32,000 bases of DNA. It comes from an uncultured Collinsella sp. Its GTDB lineage: Bacteria; Actinomycetota; Coriobacteriia; Coriobacteriales; Coriobacteriaceae. The notes under the pieces were generated by a model. It did not search any database and was not told where the DNA came from. It saw only the letters and a program-made list of their open reading frames with translations. Of the stretch, positions 8,100-16,133 are shown piece after piece; the first letter of the stretch is position 1, and each line of letters opens with the position of its first letter. Position numbers and translations under genes: made by a program. Location: assembly GCA_958369225.1 (NCBI GenBank), contig CATXID010000001.1, positions 597,295 through 629,294 of the forward strand, in the 5' to 3' direction.

Positions 8100-9323
8100 A
8101 TGGAAATGGAAAAGTTCATCAACACGGGTATTGCTGAGGGCTGGGTTCGCAAAACCGACAATAGCGAGCGCAAGTTTATTAACGGTCAGAACCAGGATTG
8201 TCCAATTTACGAGGTGCGCGTCGATAAGTTGCATTTCAATGTGCAGAATGGACGAATTGCTACCTTCATTTCGCGCTATCAGGCAGAGCATCCCGAGGGC
8301 CTGCCTCAGGATCAAACGGAGCTCGATAACCTCATTGCGGGTATGGTCGAGGCGGATAACCCCAAGCATCTTAAGACGACCATGTTGGATATTAAAAACA
8401 AGGGCCAACAACAATCTGCGATCATCTTGACCAACGGCGTTGTCATTGACGGTAACCGTCGTTTTACCTGCTTGCGTAAGTTGTCTGCTGCCGAGAACAC
8501 CCTTCGCATGCTGCGCTGCTGTGTGTTCCCCGATACCTATGACGAAAATGCCATTAAGGGCCTTGAGCTCGAGATTCAGCTGGGCGAGGACACCAAACAG
8601 GAATATGATGCCATCTCTCGTCTGGTAGATATCGATAGGTGGGTCAATGAAGGGCGTATGACGGCAGAAGAATATGCCAAGCATGCCAATATGAAGCAGA
8701 GCGAAATGAAGAACAGTCTCGCTCAAATCGATATGTTGAAAGATTTTCTTGAGTTCTGCGAGGCTCCCGGCGCATTTCATATTGCCCAGGACCTTAAGTT
8801 GCAAGGCCCTATCGAGTCGCTTACGACCAGGCTTGGTAAGGTCAAGAACAAGGACGATCGAGAAGAGATTAAAAATGCCGTGTTTGCAAATTTGTTGTGT
8901 CAGACGCTCGGTGACCGCACGCGTGAGGTGCGCGAGTTTATCGATAATTTGATTGATGACGACAAGCTGCGCGAAGAGCAGCTGGATTATACCGTTGAGG
9001 TTTTGGAAAGGCTTGAGGAAAAGCCCGAAGACGTGGTTGTCACTACGGAATATCTTCGCGATACGTTTGGCTCTGACACGCGTTTGAAAGAGGGGATGAA
9101 GGCGTCTAGAACCGTTGCCCGCACGAAGGCCGGCAATCGTAACATCAAAAACGGACAAGTGCGCGCCGTCCGCAACGCACTCTCGAATGTTGGCGAAGTT
9201 GACGTGGAAATACTACACAAACTGGAGCCCGAACAACTTGCCAATATGCAGGATGGGCTGCAGTCCCTTCTTGAGAAAGCCCAGGAAGTTCTCGATGTCG
9301 TCCAAAAAACTCTAGAAGGCTAA
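8100..9323 (+). CDS. ParB/Srx-fold (ParB N-terminal-like) domain protein with a helical C-terminal half
   Basis: KGQQQSAIILTNGVVIDGNRRFTCLRKL is the ParB-N/DndB-like core, with DGNRR at 8448-8462. The upstream block VRVDKLHFNVQNGR resembles the first ParB-N box. The ATG is 4 nt after the preceding stop and has GTGGAG upstream. Confidence 0.75.
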   Translation: MEMEKFINTGIAEGWVRKTDNSERKFINGQNQDCPIYEVRVDKLHFNVQNGRIATFISRYQAEHPEGLPQDQTELDNLIAGMVEADNPKHLKTTMLDIKNKGQQQSAIILTNGVVIDGNRRFTCLRKLSAAENTLRMLRCCVFPDTYDENAIKGLELEIQLGEDTKQEYDAISRLVDIDRWVNEGRMTAEEYAKHANMKQSEMKNSLAQIDMLKDFLEFCEAPGAFHIAQDLKLQGPIESLTTRLGKVKNKDDREEIKNAVFANLLCQTLGDRTREVREFIDNLIDDDKLREEQLDYTVEVLERLEEKPEDVVVTTEYLRDTFGSDTRLKEGMKASRTVARTKAGNRNIKNGQVRAVRNALSNVGEVDVEILHKLEPEQLANMQDGLQSLLEKAQEVLDVVQKTLEG

Positions 9324-9326
9324 GCA

Positions 9327-11204
9327 ATGCGTTTATATCAGCGAGGCGGACAAATCTATCTTGATCCCGAGCCTCTCGATGCCGACTCTCTGCGTCGCAA
9401 TGCTCGCTTTAAGATGACCTGCAGGGCATACGTCAGATGTGTCGTTAAGGGTCATATTTTGCTTGAAGAGATCGGCAACTATACGGAGTTCGAAAAGATT
9501 GTTGGCAAGTTATCGAAGGTTGCCAGCCGTCTTGGTGTGGCGCTATCGGTCGATGAGGACCTTCAGGACGGCTTTACGCAGATTCGCGAACTTGCCGAGC
9601 AACGTTCGCGTTTGGGGAATGAGATCAAACGCGGCGATCACAAGCACGATGCCCATCTCGCAGAGTTCTCGGAGGTCGTCGATGCCGCCATGGTGCGTCC
9701 GCTAAAGGATCGTCAGATGCGCGACGCGTTTTTCTTGGCAACGATGGGACGTGCGGGAAACTTCTCGGTGCCGGGGTCGGGTAAAACGGCGACCGTGCTG
9801 GGTGCATTTGCCTTTTTGGCGGCCCGCAGCATGGTCGATCGCATTATGGTCGTGTGCCCAAAAAACGCATTTGATTCCTGGGCGACGGAGTGGGGACTGT
9901 GCTTTGGTGATAAGCGGCCGCTCAGCTTGTTTACGACGCAAGACGATGCTTACCGAAAGCTTGGTAAGTCTGACCGTCGGAGCTATATTCGCGCTCGTGT
10001 GGGCGGTTGCAATTTGCTGCTTGTGAATTACGAGGCGGCTATTGGCGTTGCCGAGGAACTCAGTAAGGTCGCTGGAAATCGTACGCTTTTGGTGTTCGAC
10101 GAAATCCATCGCGTTAAGCGCGTTGGCGGAAAGCAAGCTAACGCGGCTCTCGTGGTTTCCAAGAGTGCTCCCTATACGTTTGCCCTGACGGGCACGCCAA
10201 TTCCTAACGGATATATCGATATTTACAATATGTTGCACATTCTGTATCCGCGGGAGTATGACAACTTTTTTGGCTTTGAGAAAAGCGAGCTCAAAAATGC
10301 CGAGGACTCGGACATTGAGCTCGTGAACAACAAGCTGCAGCCGTTTTATTGCCGTACGACCAAGGATGACCTAGGCGTCCCGAGGGCTGAGCCCGACGAG
10401 CTTATCAAGGTGTCGTCTGGCGAGCGTACGAATCTACTGCTCGGCGTTATTAAAAACCGTTACCGTCGCAACAAGCTGACCTTGATGCTGCGTGTGCTGC
10501 AGATGGAAAACGATCCGATTGACCTGCTCGAAACGCTTAATCCCGAAGACTATCGTTGGATTATCGAAGAAGACGAGGAGACCGGCGAGGTCGATGCCGT
10601 CGACTACTCCGATAAGATTGTGGGCATGATTCGATCTGCCGGGGCATCGAGCAAACGTGCTCGATGCTGCTCTCTTATTGGCGACTTGGTGGCACAGGGG
10701 CGCTCGGTTATCGTCTGGTGCATTTTCATCAAGAGCATGTCCGATCTTCAGCGCGGTCTGGCTGGTATGGGGATTGAGGCGCGTACGATTAACGGCCAGG
10801 ATGACCTTGTCTGTCGTTCGGCAGACCTGGATGACTTTAGGGCTGGCAAGTTTCCCGTACTCATTACCAATCCTCATACGCTTGCCGAGTCTGTCTCGCT
10901 GCATTCGATTTGTCACGATGCCGTGTACTACGAGTACAGCTTTAATCTGGTTCATTTGCTGCAGTCCCGCGATCGAATCCACCGTTTGGGCCTGCCGCAA
11001 GATCAGCAGACAAGGTACTACTACCTTTCGGAAGATTACGACCTTGGAAAACCCGATCCATGGTCGCTTGACGAGGAAATATATACTCGCCTGCGCGAAA
11101 AAGAGAACACCATGCTCAGGTGTATTGATTCCGAAATACTCGAGACGCAGCCTACCTCTCAAGAGGATTTGGATGCTATTTTCGCCGGTTTGTTTGATGA
11201 CTAG
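9327..11204 (+). CDS. SNF2-family superfamily-2 helicase/translocase (the COG0553-like class to which BrxHII belongs)
   Basis: Motif I VPGSGKTA lies at 9768-9791 and motif II DEIH at 10098-10109. Motif III LTGTPIPNG is SNF2-typical, and the C-terminal helicase lobe has motif VI LLQSRDRIHRLGL. The ATG is 3 nt after the ParB-like stop. Confidence 0.9.
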   Translation: MRLYQRGGQIYLDPEPLDADSLRRNARFKMTCRAYVRCVVKGHILLEEIGNYTEFEKIVGKLSKVASRLGVALSVDEDLQDGFTQIRELAEQRSRLGNEIKRGDHKHDAHLAEFSEVVDAAMVRPLKDRQMRDAFFLATMGRAGNFSVPGSGKTATVLGAFAFLAARSMVDRIMVVCPKNAFDSWATEWGLCFGDKRPLSLFTTQDDAYRKLGKSDRRSYIRARVGGCNLLLVNYEAAIGVAEELSKVAGNRTLLVFDEIHRVKRVGGKQANAALVVSKSAPYTFALTGTPIPNGYIDIYNMLHILYPREYDNFFGFEKSELKNAEDSDIELVNNKLQPFYCRTTKDDLGVPRAEPDELIKVSSGERTNLLLGVIKNRYRRNKLTLMLRVLQMENDPIDLLETLNPEDYRWIIEEDEETGEVDAVDYSDKIVGMIRSAGASSKRARCCSLIGDLVAQGRSVIVWCIFIKSMSDLQRGLAGMGIEARTINGQDDLVCRSADLDDFRAGKFPVLITNPHTLAESVSLHSICHDAVYYEYSFNLVHLLQSRDRIHRLGLPQDQQTRYYYLSEDYDLGKPDPWSLDEEIYTRLREKENTMLRCIDSEILETQPTSQEDLDAIFAGLFDD

Positions 11205-11219
11205 TTTTGAGAGTTTGCC

Positions 11220-13841
11220 ATGAAGCTTGCAGATATTACATCCGAGCTGCTGCATTTGTTTGCAGGTCAGGACGCCGATTGCGGGGGCGCCATTGTTGTA
11301 TGGCATGATCCGTCCGGTGAATTTGAGGATATGCTTGCAGATTTGGAGCTGCCGGGCGTCAGCGTTCTCGTTGATCGCGAGGGTGGTCGGTTTGCTATCA
11401 AGCGTAAGCTCAATGGTGACTTGGGCGGACGTAAGGTGCTTATATATCGTCGCTGCGTAGGGGAGCCGTCTGGCGATTGGCTGGCGGATGTTGAAGCGCG
11501 TTGCGTCCCGTTTGCCGCCGACTATGTTTCTGTGCAGCTACGCGAGATCGGCGCGGTTGATTCGTATGAGATGCGCGCGGCGCTTGAATCCCATAAAGCT
11601 TTTTTTGCCAAGCGCCGCAACGTTATAAAGCTCAACAAGTTGCTACATTCATCGAGAGAAGTCGCTGTTGAGACCGTCGATGAGCTTGAACTTGGCATTT
11701 TGGCTACCTGCTTGGGTGTCAGCGAGCTCGATCCCGCGGCAATCGTATCAGGCTATTTGGCACTCCTGCACGAGGGCAATGCTGATCAGGTGGTTGTCCT
11801 ACTTGCTGAATATGAGATGAATGGCTATTTCTGCGAGCTCATTCGTCATTGGTGTGGTTTTGAGGGGAACGCGCTCGAGCTATCTCGTGTTCCCGAGTTG
11901 CTGGTCCACGTGTTGCTCACCGCCTGCTCACGGTCGGTGACGGGTGGATGTCTGGACGCGCTGTCGGGACGCTTCTCTTCCCAGGCTGTTCACGCCGCGT
12001 TCTGCCGCGCTTGCGTTGATCATTGGGTTCGTGGCGGTAATCGTCTATTGCTGTTGAGTATGACAACGGCGGTAGAGCGTGAGCTTGAGCTTGGAAAGAT
12101 ACTCGCTGACGTTGGTCTTGACTGTATTGCCGGAGCCGACGTCTTTCCCTGCATCGATGCCGCCATTCTGCGCATGCTGTTTGAGCGGGTACGTCTGTCT
12201 GTGGATGCTGCTGATGAGGTTTTGTCGGTCGTCGTCTCTCGTCGCGGATCGCTCTGGTATGAGGAACTTGCCTGCTATTATCGCGGCGTTTCGGCTGCAG
12301 CTCATATGCAGCGTTTTTATCGCGACCATGTAGAGGGTTTTGCGGGCATGGGGGCTTTGGCCCTTTGGGGTTCTTATGTCAGCGATTTCTATCGCATGGA
12401 CGCTTGGTACCGTGAGCTGGTGACAGAGTTCGCCGGTGCCTTTAGAGCGGGGGAGTACGAGCTCGATGAAGACTTCCGCGCCTGCTTTGAGTCGATGGAA
12501 GCTTTGTATAAAGGCTGGTTTCTTAAGGAGCTCTCTCGCCGTTGGGCAAGCGCATCGGGCGACGCATTGGGCTTGCAGGGATATGTGAAAGGTATTCCGC
12601 GTCAGGTTGATTTTGATCTGAGCTACGTTGAGCCCGCGAATCGCCGCGGAAAGCGTATTTGGGTCATCGTATCTGATGCTTTGCGCTATGAGGTTGCTGC
12701 AGAACTCGCCGAGCGTCTTGAGCGCGAGACAAAGGGTCAGTGCGAGCTTGGTGCCGTGCAAGGCGTGTTTCCTTCGATAACCAGATGCGGTATGGCTGCC
12801 TTGTTGCCTCATGGAACGATGCGTTACGAGGCATGCGGAGAGGCAGGATCGGGCTTTGGCGTGCTTGTTGACGGGGGGCGCGTCGATACCATCGAATCCC
12901 GCCAAAAGGTGATTGGCAAGCATTATGAGGGCGCTGTTGCGGTTCGCTATGACCGTTTTGTCGGCGAGATGGACCGTGCCGAACGCAAGAAAGCCGTGGG
13001 AGACGCGAACGTTGTCTATATCTATCACGATCTCATTGATGCCATTGGTGACAAGGCCGCAACCGAGCGCAGGGCGTTTCATGCCTGCGATGAAACAATT
13101 GACGAGTTATCGGTGCTGGTCAAGCTCATTGTGCGTGAGTTTATGTCGTCTCGAATCGTCATTACGGCAGATCATGGGTTTCTGTATACCGCAGAGCCGC
13201 TTGCCGAATATGATCATACGAGTGTTGCGGACGTGGCGGGTGACGTCATTGAGGCTGGACGCCGCTGGGCTGTTGCCTCGAGCGATTCTGAGTCCGATAC
13301 GCTGCTTAAGGTTGCTCTACCCGCTTCTGCTGGTAGCCTCGTGGGCTTTTCGCCACGTGAATGCGTGCGTTTGCGACGTCCCGGCGGAGGCGAGAACTTT
13401 GTCCATGGCGGCATCTCATTGCAGGAGATGTGTGTGCCGGTCTTGACCTTTAGCAATAAGCGCGCCGGAACGCGTGGCTTTGTCGCATCGAGCCCCGTTG
13501 GCTTGTCCCTCGTTACGCAACTTGAATCCATCTCGAATACGTCTTTCTTCCTGGAATTTCTGCAAGATGAGGCGGTGGTCGGCAAGATTCTTCCTGCGAA
13601 CTATGAAGTGTTTGTTGTCGATCGCAGCGGAAACCCTGTAACCGACATTGCAAGAATCGTAGCCGATTTGACTGAAGTCGATGCGAGGGCGCGCCGCTTT
13701 AAGGTAATGCTGACGGTGCGTCCAACCGTTGAACTTGATGAACGCGCGGAGTATGCACTTTGCCTGAAAAACGCGGATAGCGGCGAAGAGCGTGTTCTTC
13801 AGACGCTGCACTTCCATGTTTATCTGGGTCGTGAATGGTAA
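11220..13841 (+). CDS. pglZ: BREX alkaline-phosphatase-superfamily protein PglZ
   Basis: It is 873 aa. The PglZ-domain signature VIVSDALRYEVAAELAERL lies at 12663 onward. The alkaline-phosphatase-like ITADHGF lies at 13161-13181 and is followed by HGGISLQEMCVP. It sits in BREX context. Confidence 0.9.
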   Translation: MKLADITSELLHLFAGQDADCGGAIVVWHDPSGEFEDMLADLELPGVSVLVDREGGRFAIKRKLNGDLGGRKVLIYRRCVGEPSGDWLADVEARCVPFAADYVSVQLREIGAVDSYEMRAALESHKAFFAKRRNVIKLNKLLHSSREVAVETVDELELGILATCLGVSELDPAAIVSGYLALLHEGNADQVVVLLAEYEMNGYFCELIRHWCGFEGNALELSRVPELLVHVLLTACSRSVTGGCLDALSGRFSSQAVHAAFCRACVDHWVRGGNRLLLLSMTTAVERELELGKILADVGLDCIAGADVFPCIDAAILRMLFERVRLSVDAADEVLSVVVSRRGSLWYEELACYYRGVSAAAHMQRFYRDHVEGFAGMGALALWGSYVSDFYRMDAWYRELVTEFAGAFRAGEYELDEDFRACFESMEALYKGWFLKELSRRWASASGDALGLQGYVKGIPRQVDFDLSYVEPANRRGKRIWVIVSDALRYEVAAELAERLERETKGQCELGAVQGVFPSITRCGMAALLPHGTMRYEACGEAGSGFGVLVDGGRVDTIESRQKVIGKHYEGAVAVRYDRFVGEMDRAERKKAVGDANVVYIYHDLIDAIGDKAATERRAFHACDETIDELSVLVKLIVREFMSSRIVITADHGFLYTAEPLAEYDHTSVADVAGDVIEAGRRWAVASSDSESDTLLKVALPASAGSLVGFSPRECVRLRRPGGGENFVHGGISLQEMCVPVLTFSNKRAGTRGFVASSPVGLSLVTQLESISNTSFFLEFLQDEAVVGKILPANYEVFVVDRSGNPVTDIARIVADLTEVDARARRFKVMLTVRPTVELDERAEYALCLKNADSGEERVLQTLHFHVYLGREW

Positions 13842-13868
13842 GTGGGGGCTGAATAGGGAGGCTGCATC

Positions 13869-14090
13869 ATGAAGATCGAAGTTGATGTCGGTCAGCTGCG
13901 CGAGAGTCTGCTCGATCGTGCGGGGAGCGCGACGGCCGCGGGCTTTCCGGCTGCCATGCTCGACGTGATGGATATCGAGGACGAGTCGCCCCAAGAGTTC
14001 CTAGCCCGAGCCGAACGCGAAGGCCTCGACCTCTGCGACTTTGCCGTCGATGATGAGGACGACGGCTATGACACGGACGAGGACTGGTAG
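13869..14090 (+). CDS. 73-aa highly acidic hypothetical protein with C-terminal tail DDEDDGYDTDEDW
   Basis: A strong SD GGGAGG lies 7 nt before ATG 13869. It is co-directional with pglZ and starts 27 nt after the pglZ stop. It is the last ORF before the island boundary. I recognise no domain. Confidence 0.55.
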   Translation: MKIEVDVGQLRESLLDRAGSATAAGFPAAMLDVMDIEDESPQEFLARAEREGLDLCDFAVDDEDDGYDTDEDW

Positions 14091-14110
14091 CCGCGATTGA
14101 ACTTCAACCC

Positions 14111-14205
14111 CATCCCCCTCAATAAGTTGCGGTGGAATAGGGACTGAAATGGCTGTTCAGAAGCCTATTCAGTCCCTATTTCACCGCAACTTATGGGTGG
14201 GGATG
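14111..14205. repeat. ~95-bp imperfect palindromic element with core arm AAGTTGCGGTG(G/A)AATAGGG
   Basis: Left arm ATAAGTTGCGGTGGAATAGGGACTGAA (14122-14148) pairs with right arm TTCAGTCCCTATTTCACCGCAACTTAT (14068+100 = 14168-14194) with one mismatch. The outer extension CCATCCCC.../...GGGGATGG also pairs. The element fills the convergent gap between the acidic ORF and the antiporter gene. A related copy lies at 31933-32000. Confidence 0.8.
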
Positions 14206-14206
14206 G

Positions 14207-15808
14207 CTACGACGCCAGCGTGGCGATGACGGCTTCGTCGCCGGCGTATATGAGGGTGTTGCCGTCGGGAATGATCGTTTGGCCGTCGCGCTTGAGCATC
14301 ACGACGATAAAGGGGTGCTTGCCCTGCGGCACATCGCGCAGGCGCAGCCCCGCCAGGCGACCGTGGGACGTAACGGTGACTTCGCGCAGCGTAACCTCGG
14401 CACGCTCTTCAAACGTTGGCGCGGCCATAACCAGAAGGTCGCCTTCTTCGATGACGGTGTCGCCGTTGGGCAGCACCGGGTGCGCGCCGTCGCGCAGTAC
14501 CAAGACCACCAGCATGTCCGTGGCGCTGCCAATATCGGCGAGCGAGCGTCCGGCAAACGGATGTCCAGCTCCCACCTTGAGCTTGACGAACGACATGCCG
14601 TCCTCGTCGCGGTAATCGTTAAAGGTGCGGCGCACGTCGCCTTCCGCGTCGATCATGTCGAGCTTCTTTGCCACCGCCGGCAGCAGCGAGCCCTGCACCA
14701 CAATGCTCGACACAGCAATCACAAACACCAGGTCAAATAGGTCGTGCCCACCGGGAACGCCGGCTACCACGGCAAAGAGGCTAAATACGACCGAAGCCGC
14801 GCCGCGCAGCCCCGCCCAGCTTACGAGTGCGACCTGGCGAGGGTTCGTCTTAAAGGGTGCCAACAGCATGCCCACGGCGATGGGGCGGCTCACAAAGAGC
14901 ATAAACGCCATGAGTGCCAGGCCCGGTAGCAACATTTGCGGCAGGCGCGCGGGCGTCACGAGCAGGCCGAGCAAGAAGAAGATGGTCATCTCGGCCATCT
15001 CGGTAAGAGTGTCGAAGAAGTGCGCCATCTCGACCTTGCCGGTGATGTCGCTCGCACCCAGCACAATTCCGGCAAGGTACACGGCCAAAAAGCCGTTGCC
15101 ACCCAGATAACTCGGCAGTGCGTAGGCGACGATCGCCACAGCGAACAAGAAGATGGTCTGCGCACCCTCGGCTGTTGCATGTGTGCGTTCGATCAAGCGG
15201 CCCGATGTCCAGCCGATGACAAGGCCCAGGCCCACACCTAGGATGATTTGCTTGGCCAGCAGCACGGGGATGTTAACGTCGCCGCCCGCCGCGAGGGTCG
15301 CGAGCACGGCGGTGAGCATGTAGGCGACGGGATCGTTGGAGCCCGATTCGACTTCGAGCAGCGAGTCGGTGCCGCCCTTTAGCGAAAGACTGTGCTCGCG
15401 CAGCACGCTAAAGACGCTGGCCGCGTCGGTGGATGCCACGACTGATCCCAGCAGCAGGCCGCCGATCCAGTCGAAGCCCAGTACAAAGTGCGCGAACACG
15501 CCCGTGATGCCAGCGGTGATGACGACGCCGAGCGTGCTCAGCAGCACCGCGGGCACAGCGACAGGTTTGGCGCGGTCGATGTTGGTGTTAAAGCCGCCGT
15601 AGAACATGATGAACAGCAGCGCCGTGCTGCAGACGGTTTCGGTGAGCGCATAGTCGCTAAAGTCGATGTGCGCCGGACCGTTGACGCCCAGCAGCATGCC
15701 GAGTGCGATAAAGATGAGCAGGGTGGGGAAGGGGAGCTTTTTGCCGACGGGCTTGATGGTCAGGCACAGAATAATGACGAGCCCGATAAAGAGAAGTATC
15801 TGGTTCAT
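14207..15808 (-). CDS. K+/H+ (cation:proton) antiporter, CPA1/NhaP2-CvrA type, with C-terminal TrkA-C/RCK-C domains
   Basis: It has a multi-TM N-terminus with ASTDAASVF and LLEVESGSNDP motifs. Two TrkA-C-like repeats are present at the C-terminus (DGAHPVLPNGDTVIEEGDLLVMA and DGQTIIPDGNTLIYAGDEAVIA). The ATG has AGGAG upstream. Confidence 0.9.
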   Translation of the reverse strand: MNQILLFIGLVIILCLTIKPVGKKLPFPTLLIFIALGMLLGVNGPAHIDFSDYALTETVCSTALLFIMFYGGFNTNIDRAKPVAVPAVLLSTLGVVITAGITGVFAHFVLGFDWIGGLLLGSVVASTDAASVFSVLREHSLSLKGGTDSLLEVESGSNDPVAYMLTAVLATLAAGGDVNIPVLLAKQIILGVGLGLVIGWTSGRLIERTHATAEGAQTIFLFAVAIVAYALPSYLGGNGFLAVYLAGIVLGASDITGKVEMAHFFDTLTEMAEMTIFFLLGLLVTPARLPQMLLPGLALMAFMLFVSRPIAVGMLLAPFKTNPRQVALVSWAGLRGAASVVFSLFAVVAGVPGGHDLFDLVFVIAVSSIVVQGSLLPAVAKKLDMIDAEGDVRRTFNDYRDEDGMSFVKLKVGAGHPFAGRSLADIGSATDMLVVLVLRDGAHPVLPNGDTVIEEGDLLVMAAPTFEERAEVTLREVTVTSHGRLAGLRLRDVPQGKHPFIVVMLKRDGQTIIPDGNTLIYAGDEAVIATLAS

Positions 15809-16029
15809 GGATGGTGTCCGCTCCTGGGTGGTTTGCGTGGCACGGTCAGTTGTCTGCGGTTATTTGTACCCAAAGATGGTGGGTTTATGGGCTTGGATTG
15901 CGGGCGTGCGCATTTTCGACACGAGACCGCGACGCGAGCGTCGCTGGTTGGGGCGCTGCATCAGACGGCGTGGCGTGAGCGGTGCGGGTTGACGGGCGTG
16001 CGCCGGCGACCGTTGACGGTATGCAACCC

Positions 16030-16058
16030 TTTCCAGCTTTATTGCAACGGAGTACAAT
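16030..16058 (+). promoter_or_regulatory. Candidate sigma-70-type promoter (TTTCCA-17 nt-TACAAT) for the phosphoesterase gene
   Basis: The hexamers and spacing were read from the sequence ~75 nt upstream of ATG 16134. There is no experimental support. Confidence 0.3.
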
Positions 16059-16133
16059 GGGTAACGTTTAAGTTCAACTTGAAGTTTTAGTTGCGGCGCC
16101 GGGCTTCGGCCGTAATGCAGGGAGAGGCGTACC

